A stretch of 64,000 bases of DNA, taken from Balanoglossus misakiensis (lineage: Eukaryota > Animalia > Hemichordata). A program made the translations under genes and the position numbers. This document shows positions 1-13,307 of the stretch, in pieces (the first letter of the stretch is position 1; every line of letters starts with the position of its first letter). The stretch spans positions 8,581,846 through 8,645,845 of the forward strand of contig CM082577.2 in the NCBI GenBank assembly GCA_040954595.2, written 5' to 3'. Below the pieces are notes generated by a model. That model was not told the origin of the DNA and did no database searches. It was given only the letters and a program-made list of their open reading frames with translations.

Positions 1-198
1 GTAGGCAATATTACCGCTGCATTTTCAGCTTACCACTCAGGCAATCGCTGTTTGGTTATCAGTCCAAATTTATAATCCTGGCCAAGGTAACTAAATCATT
101 ACCAACACATTAAAGTAACCATGCCTTCATCTCGCAGTTCAAACATAAATCACAGGCGTTTAATAATATAATATGCTAAGATATGTTGTTGTTTTTAC

Positions 199-2921
199 CT
201 CAAGCTGATCAACCAATTGCAGTTCATATCCCATGAGTGTGTCCCAGATGTTACCAACTTCTTTGTGGTATTCATCTATCCTACTGTCCAACATCTTCTG
301 GTCACTCATCAATGGCAATTCTGCAAACAACTGGACGGAAAAAAAAGTAATACCATGGTGATTTTTAACACATTTCTCAAGTGTTCAAAGTGTGCATGTA
401 TGTGTATGGATGGATGTCAATGTGGCACGATTGTTGTTTAAATAACACGCATTTTTCTACAGCTGTTGAACATTCGTTCTCTAATTAAATAAAGATCATC
501 TTTTGCTAGTTTTTGCATGCAAAATCAGTAAATATCCCAGAACAGCTGGGATGGCAACATGTGGTCTTGAAACTTCTATTATGGCAGCTGGAACTAAAAT
601 AGATTCAAGGTAACTGTAAAAAAAAAATAACTCCAAAGTGAGGGATCCATAAACAGCATGTGAATACAAGGATATTTTGAGGTAGTAATGCATTGTTTTT
701 TAAAAGTGCTCAATGGAAGATAATCACTAAAAGTTAGCAGCAAATTGAACCTACTTTTTTCTTATATGCAAGGAATTCATCAATCTTCCTTGTACCAGCT
801 TCCTTGTTTTCTGTCTTGGCATCTTCAACACACTCAAAGAATTCGTCCACTTCTTTCTTTCGCTTTTCGTGTTCTTGAAGACCGTGGTGGAAGAGTTGTT
901 GGCAGATGTCTGTGAACTTTTCTTTGAAAGTAGGAAAGAGTTAAGGAAATCACCAAAAGCAATTCTCACACTAGATTTTTTGTATCTTCAGCAAGTACAC
1001 ATTATGAGTTAAACTATTCACTGACGAAATACTAGGATGTGTAATGTAAAGGATATGTAACAAGCAATTCATCCACTCCTGGTAGTGCTGCCAGTTTGGG
1101 TGCCTCGGCATCATCAGCAAACATGCTCTCAAACAGATAAGAACCGTTGAGATTCTCCACGTAGGCAGCCTGCAAGACAGAACAAAGCATTCACACTGAG
1201 TACGGTAATGCTGGACTACTTTTGAAGAAGCAATTACTACAGATACTTGGCAAACGGTAGCGTTCCCAGACAGGAAAACTGTTGAAATATTTGAGGTGAA
1301 AACTGCCGACTCAGCATAATATCAAGGCACCAAGTATACTGTAATTCATTCTGTGTATAAAAAACCCTGAGCTATTATGGACCTTGCCAACACCTCCGAA
1401 GAATAGTTTTGACAACAAAGACATTACAACATGCCAATCTTTAGACTATACATCTGACCTCACCTTCTGCCTTTCAAATTCTTTCTTTTTCGCTTGCTCT
1501 TCTTCCTCTTTCCTCTCGGCAGCTCTCTCATCAGCTTCCAACTCTTCAATGGAATATTTGTACTGCTCATTGGCTGCTTCCCTCTGTGAACCAGTCGACC
1601 AAACAAAAGAATGTCATTCAAGTTATGTTATACAGGTTAAAATGGAACTTTTGCGCTCAGTGTTGAGAGGAAAACACGTGACCAACACAGACAAAGAGAA
1701 ATCTGACATTGAGGAGCGAGTGCATACCGTGTTCTCGTCAATTAATCTGAAGTCAAGGTACACCAGACTAGGAATGTGTGCAACTACATAGGCTTTGTAA
1801 TTGGGATCATCACAGAAGGCATTTTTGCTTAAATTCAGAGTCTGCAGGTTCTTGAATCTTCTCAGATATTTCACCTGAAAGAGTCAGAATAAAGGGATTT
1901 AGATATATTGATTGTCAGGCATATATTAACACAAACATTATGTGCAAGACAGATATATTACAAGGTAACTGTTCAAAACTAGGTATCTTTTCCTTCATAT
2001 ACTACATGTAGCAAAATTTTGGAAATTATTATAAATAGAAGCAAAGCAATCCTTGCAATTCAGCGATAAATTAAACTGCCAAACTTGTTTTGCCGTAGTA
2101 TTATACAACATTTGTATCAGTGCAGATTAGCACAAGCACATTCATGGTAGTTAACTTACATTTTCTAATGTCGAAATGTCATTATTTCCAATTGAAAAGA
2201 CATGCAAGTTGGTCAATGCATCCATGTTTTCTATTGTTGATATTCTGTTGTTGTAAAGTGTGACATCTTCAAGTTTTGTGAGATGTTCCAGCCCTTCAAT
2301 GACTTCAATGTTGTTGAAAGAAAGATCTGGAATATCAAATCATCAGTGAAAATAATGAAAAAGTGTTAAAATACTCAAAGTATTCTTTTGAGGTAGATAT
2401 CTTTGATTACCGGTATTACGGTAACCTTTCTAAAACTGAAACATGTACATGATTTTACAAGATTCTAGCATCCAACTCACCTAGCCATACCAAATTCACC
2501 AGAACATCAAGACCTTCTATACGTTCTATGATGTTGTTGTCTAGTTGAAGCTTTGTCAGGCTGGTAAACTGCCACAAATTGTCAATCTTGAGGATGTCTG
2601 GAAAAACAGAGCAGACGTTTAAGAATGATCAGAGAAGTCTGTATGAATCTTGATATATAATATACAGGTGTGACTTGCTTTAATAGAGAGCTGTACGTGA
2701 TAACACGTTTCACTCACACTGTATGTAAAAAATATATTTAACCTTAAAATGAAGGACTTACTTTTGAAATCTAGCCTCAGTTGCGTCACATCACAGAAAT
2801 CAATTCCTTCCTGTTTTGCTATCCGCCCAGCTTCTTCTTTTGGGCCCTGCTCTTCCACAGCCTTCTGAAGCATGTCCTCGTCAATGACCGAGGGCTCCAC
2901 TGTGTCGTACAGCCTACTCAT
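199..2921 (-). CDS. DRC3: Dynein regulatory complex subunit 3 (LRRC48); 3'-partial, continues past the left edge. Coding exons approx. 2921-2762, 2597-2481, 2326-2160, 1874-1728, 1583-1464, 1169-1057, 929-755, 330-199; probable non-coding exon 1 ending ~3626
   Basis: The N-terminus [18 protein letters not shown]..., the SDS22-type LRRs ([34 protein letters not shown]) and the LRR cap ([18 protein letters not shown]) match recalled DRC3/LRRC48. Exons join in frame through GT-AG introns plus one AT-AC intron. Confidence 0.93.
930..1056 (-). other. U12-type (minor spliceosome) AT-AC intron in DRC3
   Basis: On the minus strand the donor is ATATCCTTT (1056-1048), the branch site is TTTCCTTAAC (949-940) and the acceptor is ...CCTAC at 930. 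Removing it restores the frame ([14 protein letters not shown]). Confidence 0.93.
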
Positions 2922-3568
2922 GATGATGGCTTGTTTTCCTGGCTAATTTCTCACATTAATAAATATCACCAAAAGATATCCTGGCCACCTGCAATAACAA
3001 AAGTTTGTTGGGATTGTGGTTTATCATTTGTTTTAATTAACACAAATGCAATCCACATTGAAATTCACATTGATTTTCATCACTATATTCATCCTGATTA
3101 CTATAGTTCTTCATCATCATGATCATAATAACAACAACCATGTGCATCATGTGAATAGAAGGTGTGAGCAGCATAACATTGGCCATACTGGTGAATGCAA
3201 AATATTGTAACTGTAAAAAAAAACCCGAATGCATAATATGTACCATATGCAATATTTATAGAAGAGCTGTAATGCTATACGTGAGCAAAAATTTCTAAAT
3301 GATATCTGACACTGTGCTGTGACCTGACAGCAATGTTTACATGCACTGTTGAAGTTGAACACACGCATATTCTATTCTAAAGCTTCACAATGCAGTGATG
3401 AACTGAATTTGACTATTGCTGACAATACATAAGTATAATAGTGATAAGGCAATCGTTCCGTATACGACAGCGTGCAAAACAAAAGCGTCAAACCTACTGT
3501 TCTCTACCGCAGTGCGAGGATACTGGATAGTATTTTCATTCGACAACTGGTTTCAAATGATGGCACCT

Positions 3569-3800
3569 GTTGTCAAAGCAACACTATTCCCATAATGCAC
3601 CACCAAGTAACCTCTGACCTCTCACCTTAGTCAGGGTAAAACAATACGTTTAAATAGCCTAAAAATAATAATTGATACCATATAAACTATATGTTTACAG
3701 ATATAAATGCTTTGGGATATCATTTTTTTGTTTCTCTTCAGCTTGAAAAAATATATCGTGCAATGCCGTGTCGGCTATTTTCGTCCACATGACGTAATCT
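3569..3800. promoter_or_regulatory. DRC3/TOM1L2 bidirectional promoter region with RFX X-box, ZNF143/Staf site and CRE-like site
   Basis: GTTGTCAAAGCAAC (3569-3582) is X-box-like, TTCCCATAATGCAC (3587-3600) matches the ZNF143 SBS core, and TGACGTAA lies at 3790-3797. The region is between two divergent genes. Confidence 0.6.
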
Positions 3801-3826
3801 TCTGCGCACAGTACGGAAAATCCAAT

Positions 3827-6800
3827 ATGTCGTTCTTTCACTCGAATCCGTACAGTACCCAAGTTGGTCAAAGAATAGGTACGTAGACATGCAAATTAAC
3901 AGAATTCCAGCAGATTATAGCTTTCTTTAATAATCATATTATCAATATTTCTGTGATTCGGACACATAGAGACTAGAATTCAGTATTTTGCTGACGATGC
4001 GTCTCGGGATTGTATTGATGACCCCGCCTTGCATCTCAAAGCCAGTAACCTAAATTGATTGCTGTCCTGATTGCTACATGCAGGTCACACAGCTAGACGG
4101 CGTTCCACACACAAAACGCGTTTGTCGTACTTAATGGCGATGTTTTGTTTATCTAAATCAAATTATATCGTTATTTATTTTAAAGTAACACGCCCCACGT
4201 TTTGTCAGCTATTTAGCGCAGTGACTGGTCCAGCATGACCCCCCCCCCTCCCCACATGATATGCATGTACCATCCTGAGTCACCCGGACATGCCGGAGTA
4301 CACACGTAAATAATACGGAACTTGGTTTGTTGCCATGATGTGATATGCCATGGATCCATAGAATGAGTCGTGTGGATATTGTTTCGTTTGACGTCTAACT
4401 TAGGTAATTAGGCAGTAAATTAGACTGAGTACATTACAAAATACAGTGATTTCAATACCTTTGTTTTTTACTGCCAAAATCCAAGAAATATTTTTTTAAA
4501 GTGATTTGGAACAGTGTGAAGGCAATAAACCATAAAACCTGGTCATATGTGGTTTTGTCATCTTTGATGTATTTTTATGAAACCATTTATAGACACTATA
4601 ACTGTCTTAATGGTTAACTAATTAATTAGCAGTTTGTTTGTACTGACATAGATTTAACATCCGCTCATCAGTTGGTTGACATGGATTAGAGGGCATCTGA
4701 AATCTTGGCTGTTCAGGATGACATCTGCAAGCAGCAAAACAACATACATTCCAGTTTTAAATACTGTAATATTTGGACTGACACTGTTACTAGTATTTTT
4801 CAACAGGTGGTGTGTTGACAGTATAAGATTTGTTCCCCTTCATCCCCACAACAGGAAATTAAATTGTTTTGATAGGTTAATTAATTACCTGTCAGACTCA
4901 GTAGACTGTCTTATCAAGTTATCTCAACTCATTAGCCAATGTCTTGAATACACAACAAAAATGCAACATGTTTCAATAATATTTTGATTACATGGCAGTC
5001 ACATGGGGATGAGGGCATGTCAAAATTCTGACCAAGGTCAGGAGGTCATTGTTTGGTCATAAATAAATCATTTTGCCATGTCTACAGATGTTACAATAGC
5101 TGGCATATTTATAATTTTGCTGGTATGGCTCATGCAGGCCTCGTCCACATTAGGTGAATATTATATCTTTTCTGTGTTCAATGGTGAATGAGATATTCTG
5201 CCCTTTAGACACTCTTGAATCAGTGACGAATAGTGATAATGACCTGGTTTGATCGTTCGTAGGATCCTGGGATAACGGCCCATTCCTTTCAGTTTCTTTT
5301 CATAGGCTTGCTGGCTACAACTTAAGTTAGTGTCACATTTTCTCAGGTCATATTCATTTTTGCAGCGATGTCAGAAGATTAACATTCATTTTTGCAGTGA
5401 TGTCAGAAGATTAACATTCGTTGTTGCAGTGATGTCAGAAGATCAATATCAAGATGCAATATTGGGTAAAAAGCATTTTGGGGTAACATTCCCTCTCTGT
5501 TTTGCTTTATCTCCTAGAGCGGGCGACCAGCGAAGGGAATGCCTCTGAAGATTGGGCTTTAAATATTGAAATATGTGACATAATAAATGAAACAGATGAT
5601 GGGTGAGTCAATACAAAATATGACCATGTGTCTATATATATCTACAATTGTATATTTGTTTCTGCAGTTGGAAAAACAAAAGTAGAGTTTGTCCAGAAGT
5701 GACTTTCATGATATTGACGGTCGTGTCACAGGTGCCATTCCACAACATTTACTTCTGCAGATTGATTGATGTAGTGGACATCAAGGTCTTGTCCGTTTTC
5801 TAACATTGAACTGATTCTGACGACACTGCAAACATTGAAACTTATTCCTTCATGAAATACTTTGCAGCCCCAAGGATGGCATGAAAGCGATCAAAAAGAG
5901 ATTGGTTGGAAACAGAAAATGGAAAGAAGTAATGCTTTCGCTAACAGTAAGTATTATCCGCAAAGTCAGTGGTCATCCTATACCTTCGTTTGTTAGTGAT
6001 TGTCTTTGATTTGTCTGATTACGGTAGACACATTGCCTATGTAGCATTGTAAGTAGTAAAGATTTGGTGAATAGTGAAATACGATACCTGTAGATGTGGG
6101 GTATCTTTCTGCCCCCATTGCAAATAATAACTGAAACTCAAAACTATTATCCTTGTGATAAGGAAGATCATTATGTGTAACAAATTACTGTTGTAACTTG
6201 TAGCAGCCACCACAAAAATCTAATGTAAAAAAAACCAAAACAATGCGCATGAATTTGGCTGAAGAAATTGTATAAGATTGTTGAACAAGTATCATGAAGA
6301 CATGTTGAGATATCATTTCTGTGCACTGACTTAGAACACCATCATTGCATTGTTTGTTTTCAGGTTCTGGAAACCTGCGTAAAGAACTGCGGTCACAGGT
6401 TTCACGTGCTTGCCTGCAAACAAGACTTCATCAAAGAGCTGGTGAAGTTGATCCAACCCAACAACAACCCACCCACGTGTGTACAAGAGAAGATACTCAG
6501 TTTGATCCAGTCATGGGCCGATGCTTTCCGGGGTTCCTCCGATTTACAAGGCGTTGTTCAAGTGTACACTGAATTGAAACAGAAAGGAATCGAGTTTCCT
6601 GCCACAGATCTCGATTCCATGTCACCCATATTTACACCGGGAAGGGTAAGTTGTTCTCATGATATTGTGCAATTTCAGTTATTTCAGTGTGAATCAGCAT
6701 AAGTTTTCTGAGTTACTTTTTGGAAAACATTCAGCAGTACAGTCAAACCTGTCTATAGTGGCCAGTCAGACTTTCCTAAACTGGCCTTTATAGAGAGGTT

Positions 6801-9800
6801 AATTAACACACGTGAATTGCACAGGTACCGCTATATAGGGGTGGCCACTAAGAAGGGGTTTGACTGTATTGTATTCCCATAACGTTACATTGCTCTGTCT
6901 CATTTACAGACAGTTGCAGACACAAGGCCCGCACCAGTGCCTCAGACAGGACCAACAAGGCAACCCAGCCAACATCAACCACCACCACAACAACAACCAA
7001 TGCCCCAAATGATGCCCGCACCACAGATGATGCCAGCTCCACAACCCGGTCAGCCAGTGCACTACGCACCACCACCAGGCACTCAGCCAGTGCAGTACCC
7101 TCAGCAGGGCGGCCCGGTGGCCGCTAATCCCGAACAGTTGGCGAAACTACGCAGCGAGTTGGACGTGGTCGTGGGGAACGTGCGAGTCATGTCGGAAATG
7201 TTGAACGAATTATCGCCAACGAGTGCCAGTTCGAGTGATGTAGACTTGCTACAGGTGAGTCCTCCATCCTGCAATGTGATTGGACTGTACTGGTGGTAGG
7301 TGATTGCACGATTTGACCTGAAATCTACAACTAATGCCCATCGGCTGAATATCTGTGCCCCAGATGTGGTAAATTTTTTTGTCTTTTCTCGAACAGGAAT
7401 TAAACAGGACATGTAGGGCCATGCAGCAACGTGTACTAGAATTAATAGACAAAGTTACCAATGAAGAAGTAACAGGTAGGTAGTGTGCATATTTTGTGGG
7501 TATTTAGTTTCCTGAACTGACGAATAATAATCAATTTATATACCCGACTCAGATACAGTGAAATTCAATGTGACAAGTTCAAAATGCAGTGGACACTCAA
7601 CAGACAAGACACGCAGAAATTGTTATGCATTTGAAAACACTGAAACGGACCTCAATTGTAAAAAAAAATCTTGTTGCAGGAGAGTTGCTGCAAATCAACG
7701 ACGACTTGAACAATGCCTTTGTAAGGTACGACAGGTTTGAGAGGTACAGGGTGGGCCAGGCTGGCCAACAACCACAGCCCACCACCACTATGGTGGCACA
7801 ACCGAGCCCAGACAGACCACCAGCATACACACAGGTAACAGCACCAAGGATTGAGTGAGATTATCTATTTCTCGCGAGATCTCACAATGAGTAGAAAATC
7901 ATGTGTAAATTTTCCTGCATGGCAGTGTAACATAATATTTCTCCGTGTTTACAACCTCTAAGTGTTTACTGTGATTTTTAGCACCAGGTAGGGATAAAAA
8001 TTAATGAAACAATGTTGTGACCCCCTACCATACAGTTGTCGATGATGGTGATTGGTCCTCCTTCAGCATGTCAAAGGTCAATGATTATCCTCTGTTTGGT
8101 GTATGTTAACAGTATGTTTGGTGCCTTTCCATATTATCGTGGTGTTTGATTTCTGTTTTTTGTATTCTGTCTGTGTGTTTTTCCCTCCCGATTTGTCTAG
8201 GACGCACCTTCCCAACCTCAACCACCACCTCCGGTAGCAGCCCCTGCAGAGCCTGTCACAGGGACACTCATTGACCTTGGTTTTGATCCTGCTCCCCAGC
8301 CAGCCGTGCCACCACCACAGCCGGAGCCAGCGACTCTCCCGCTGTCGTCTCAGACCATGGCTCCTGTTGGCGGCCAGCCTGACTTGCAACAACAGTTGGC
8401 TGGCATGAGTAAGTCCAGTGTTTGTTTTTTTGGCATGGGTAGTAGACTGTAGGTTGCTGTTGTTTTTGGAGATGTCTGTATGATCAGATTGATACATTAT
8501 GTCATTGCTGGTGCAACAGATCTTTTAAACTGTGGTATGCAGATGTAGTGTAACTCAACACAGCATTTCAAGACATAAAATCTATGGAGAGTGCAAGCTG
8601 AATGTGGCCAAAATTGCAGGACTGGACTTGTACTTTTAATTGACCTGTTATGTAGACCTGGTGATGGTAACCATAAGGTTACCCCCCCCCCTCCAAATTG
8701 ACTTGATAAAGTAAAACAAATTCTGTTTACAACTGCGCTACGCTGCTCTGTTGAAATTGTTGAAGTGAGATCTAATTCAGATGAAGCTGATAAATGCATG
8801 TCTCATATTCATTCTTTTTTTTATTTCAGCGTTATCAGAGGGTAGTGTTAGCAGTACCCTGGGGCAGTTGAACACAACACCGGCAACAACTCAAGATGAA
8901 TTTGATATGTTTGCACAATCAAGGCAGGTCACGTATGAGGATAGGGGGTAAGGTGGCACATATCATGATCATGAGTAAAATTGTCCCGTTTTGTTTACAT
9001 GTGTCTGATTTCCTCATCAACTCCATTGTGTACACAGTCAACTATACATTATACATTTCAATCAAGCAATCATTTAGGGATTGGAACAAGAAACTTTGAT
9101 TAGGACACATAATCACTGAATTGAAGATACAAGTACCATCTGGTCAAATATCCAACTCGTGTATTAAGTGGTCTTTGTACTGTCAGAAAATCACTTCATG
9201 TAGGACAACAGATGTACCATGACATCATCAAACTCTCCCCCTCCCCTTCCCACATTTCACACGCCCGATTGCCAAATATGGCAGCTACGGACTCAAAAAT
9301 TCAGTGAAACTTTATATCATTATGGCAATATGATTTCATTATTTGATATTTGGTGATCGGGGCAAATGAAGTTCTTTCACCTGTCATGACATGCTTCCCT
9401 GACATATTCATGTAAACAGCACCAGTGTGTTGTGACCAGACTCGGTCAAAAACTAATTTCAATTTCTTCCTCTCAATTTCAGTGGCAGTTCCTACACAGA
9501 CAATACAAATATTGACCAGTCAGGTGGCCTGGCTGGCCTCGTCAACTCCAGAGCAAAACCTGGTCAACCGGTAGGTCATTTCTGTAACATAATTCATGTT
9601 TGTCATTTTGACACTGGTTTGATTTGCAAGAGATACGCTTGCCTATGCATTTTGAAAAAAAAAATGTACAATGAAATTTGGACTTCACTGGGAGCAAACT
9701 CTCACTGTTTTTGCAGCAGTGTGATTTTTGTCCAAAGTATTTGTATAATCCCCGGTATATAGGGGGCAGCAGTGTGATTTCTGTCCAAAGTATTTGTATA

Positions 9801-11636
9801 ATCCCCTGTATATAGGGGAAAGGGTTTTTGTATGAGTCTATGTTAAATATAAATAACTCACAGTGATACCGTTGCCCGATTGAAAGGCAGGAATTCACTT
9901 TTCAAAAGACCAACATGTGTGAACTGGTAGTTTAGAATTTGGTTGGGTTATGGGTAGGGGGCAGGCAGGGCTACAGAGTTCACCTTTGTGTATGTTTCTT
10001 ATGCGTGTGGCTAGATCAACCCAGCCAGTACTGACCAGTTGGAAGAGATGGAGAAATGGTTGCATGAAACGGATCTGGTAAGAAAGAGTGGTCATTCCAA
10101 AACCCACAAACTGCATTGGCATTGATCACCTCAACTCACTCTGTCGTCTTCCTGCGCTGGTCTCTCTCGCTCATCTCTCACATGGTTCACTTGCTAATTG
10201 CCTTGCAACCACCACCATGGTCCATCTAACCTGCGAGTGCCTTGGGTGACTTTGAACTTGTGTGTCCTAATGCAACAAGCCTTGGGTGGCCTTGAATGTG
10301 TGACTAAGTCAAAGCCTGGGTGACCTTGAACTTGCGTCTCAATCTGACTTTGGGGGCTGACAGCTTCTCTAATAGCATAGATGTAACACTCCTGGATAAC
10401 TCGTCTTTTGTCCAAATGCATTGTTTTCTATGGCAAAGTTTGCTCTCCATAGACAGAATGGGGTGAAAGGGTTAAAACACAGGAAGATTCACCATTTTTC
10501 ATCCATACTCATATGGTTATTAACGTAATCTGTAGTCCAGTATTTATCATGTAATCTTCTCTCCAATATTGTAGTACTTTCAATCTTGTATGCAGCCATT
10601 TAACTATTTTGCACTTCATAAAATGTGCCAAGATAAGGATGACTGAAGTGCCCATCAATCCACATGACAATTTTCAGACTCGCACCATGTTCAGTAAAAA
10701 ATGAATCCTTGTCCATCTTTTCCATTTGAATTGTACTGCATGTATCCACAGTATGAGTAATGGCTTTTGGTGATAAAAACTGAAGGAACTTCTTCTTTGA
10801 TAACTTGTTAAAGTTATGTGACTTCGTTTTTGATCTTCTGTCAATTGTTAATACAACTTGTTTCCGTGTACCTGACACCTTGTGAAACACATCTTGTGAA
10901 ATACAATGTTACCATACCAACACATCGTGTGGAATGCAACATAAGCCAACAGTGGTTTTTAATGTTCATCTGTTGACAATCATTATGGTCAATAGATCTA
11001 CACATTTTTAAAGCAACCCTTCACTAATTTCTAACATTGTACTTATTTTCTTCAGGAAAACCTTGAGGACAACCCCGAAAACGACAAAGAACCCATGACA
11101 AGTTCAGGTAAAGGTGGCTTCATTTTTGTGTCAGTAGCGGTAGACTGGGATTGCTTCTTGGGTATCTGACTGATATGTGCACTGGAAAGGTGTAGTACCC
11201 GTAGATCTTTATCAGCATTGACCTCTGTAGTCAACAATGGTGTTATGCCAGTGTAGGGTGGGATCCAGACTTCTTTCTGAACAAAATACTGACTGTTGCA
11301 TCATTCTCTGGATGTGTGCTGAAGATATGAACAAATATTTAAAAAATTGCATAAATGCAATTAAGTAAGCATAATCATTTTATGTACATGGTTTTCATCG
11401 TCAGTCGACCTTGTTTGAAAGCAAATACAATAATTTTAACGTGAGAAAATCTTTTTCTCTATTAACCACGTTTTGCAGAATTTGACCGATTTCTGGCTGA
11501 GAGGGCAGCAGCAGCAGATTCACTGACGGATACGGCGACGCCCACGTCCCAGACGCAGGCAGCACCAGCGCCCTCTGCAAACAGGCGGGGAAGACAGATG
11601 CTGGAAGAGTCGGATAACACCATGTTTGGACTATAG
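3827..11636 (+). CDS. TOM1L2: Target of Myb1-like protein (VHS + GAT domains). Exons approx. 3827-3878, 5518-5602, 5868-5946, 6364-6645, 6910-7254, 7397-7475, 7680-7834, 8201-8408, 8830-8947, 9483-9570, 10015-10077, 11056-11107, 11479-11636
   Basis: VHS domain ([51 protein letters not shown]), GAT domain ([24 protein letters not shown]), clathrin box LIDL, the EEMEKWL motif and C-terminal [10 protein letters not shown]. Splice sites are canonical. It could equally be named TOM1 (likely a single invertebrate orthologue). Confidence 0.92.
5352..5447 (+). repeat. ~32-bp tandem repeat, ~3 copies, in TOM1L2 intron 1
   Basis: The unit ATTCATTTTTGCAGYGATGTCAGAAGATTAAC is repeated directly. Confidence 0.9.
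6740..6866. mobile_element. Tc1/mariner-pogo-type MITE (TA target duplication)
   Basis: TA|CAGTCAAACC...GGTTTGACTG|TA. Related degenerate pieces occur at ~40070-40182 and ~63053. Confidence 0.8.
9713..9818 (+). repeat. 53-bp tandem duplication (2 copies)
   Basis: GCAGCAGTGTGATTTYTGTCCAAAGTATTTGTATAATCCCCKGTATATAGGGG occurs twice. Confidence 0.9.
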
Positions 11637-12463
11637 ACTGAAATTGGCATCCCATCACATATGGGAAGGGAGGGGAGATAGGTAGTCAGTATGGGGGAAA
11701 TGTTTCCAAAGGGGGTTACGGTATTTTTTTTCTATTTTGAATTAAGGTACAACACGTCAACAGGAAATGCCTGGACACTTAATATTTAATACCAAGAATG
11801 GTTGTGTTGGTACTGGTTCCAGTGTGAATGACATGAGAATAGTTCCGTTGATGATGATGATGATGCATGGAAAATTTATGTATGATAATTTTTAAATACT
11901 AAAATTTAAAGAAAGAAAGAAAAAAGTATTGTAAATATATTCTGGACGATATTCTCGTTATCTGTTTAATATTTAGCGCAAAACAAAGTAGATCGTTATG
12001 TTCTAGTCTGTCTGAGTGAACCTTCACACCCCTGTATTGTGAATAGAATAGTCTTACTTGATAAAGCCCTTCCCACATACCTGTAAACAGCATAGACCTT
12101 GTCCGAGATTTTGGCAGGAATATTTGTTTCTTTTTGGTTATGTCCCTCAGTTGATTGTAATTGACGAATAAAGGCAAGATGTCAAAATATGGCTATAAAT
12201 TTCATGAAATGCAATACTTTTGGCAGAAAAAAAAGAAAGATTTTTCCAGCTGCTGAGTTTTATTTTTATGTCAAAATGACGGGCTTTGTATTAAAAAAAA
12301 TCCTAATCATTTCGATCAAGTGTTGAATGGGCAAAATTGTTGCAATAATTTTTGTCACAATAAAAAAATGTTATCTCTGGTGTAGAACATCAGACACCAT
12401 TGCATAAATGTAATGTGTAGTGTTCTCCAATAACTATCACAGTTGGTAATATGCCTGCTTTAA

Positions 12464-12548
12464 CCCTTTCACCACCAGTACCCTCTGTAGAGGTCCAACC
12501 TTACCATAGAGAACAATGGGTTTGGGCTGAACCATGGTGGTGAAAGGG
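12464..12548. mobile_element. piggyBac-like MITE in the TOM1L2 3' region
   Basis: TTAA|CCCTTTCACCACCA...TGGTGGTGAAAGGG; the right TTAA is mutated. The same family occurs at 50875-50951 and partially at ~10410-10475. Confidence 0.7.
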
Positions 12549-13307
12549 GTGTGACAGAACTTGTCAACATTACAGCAGCGTTTGATTGCTGAAAGAATTC
12601 CACAAACTTTGCTGCCATTTGCAGCACTGAGGAAAAATCCTACCTCTTCTGTCCATTTGACTATCTATTGGCTATTCCATAAACAGCACAACGGGGGAAA
12701 TGTCACACGTCAAAATCTAACAATTTTATGGCAGATTCATTTTGAATTGTAAATAGCATTTATCTTTGTCTAATATTTCCCAGATACCTGAAATTATAAA
12801 AAAAAAAATTCTTTTGCATAACCTGCTACTTTCAGATGGGGGCACAAAGCATCTACATGAATAAAAAACATGGATTCGCACCACTTTTCTATCTGAACCA
12901 GTTTGTTTACTTTAATTAATTTGCATATACGGACAGCTTTGTAAAGAGAAAAAGCAGTGGAGCATGGTGATATTCTGCCCACAAAATCATGTACAATTTC
13001 TCAATTCTGCCATCATGTGGATCCAAATGCTTGAATTCTAATGAAACTATGATTACGTTTGTATTGAGCCGTGATTTTCCGGGTGTGCAGTAGGGCATTC
13101 CCACAGCACTTTAGGTGTCAATCATTTTCAAATTATTAGAGGCTCTTTTGGAATAGAAAATTGGCGCATTAAATGATACTGAAACAAGACTTGCTTGGTG
13201 TTTGTGGTGATTTTTTAGTACTCTGTAGAAACCGGGGTGGATTGGTAAAGATTGAGTATAGAATGATCAAGGAGACTGTTTTGCAGGATGAGCACATACA
13301 GCAACAT

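Noticed and set aside
8191-8200. ATTTGTCTAG resembles the U7 snRNA Sm site, tempting next to LSM11
   Set aside because: It is the 3' splice acceptor of TOM1L2 exon 8. There is no U7 3' hairpin or snRNA promoter.
10238-10345. Three spaced copies of GCC(T)TGGGTGRCYTTGAA resembling a CRISPR-like array
   Set aside because: Degenerate minisatellite in a eukaryotic intron, with related spacers and no cas genes.
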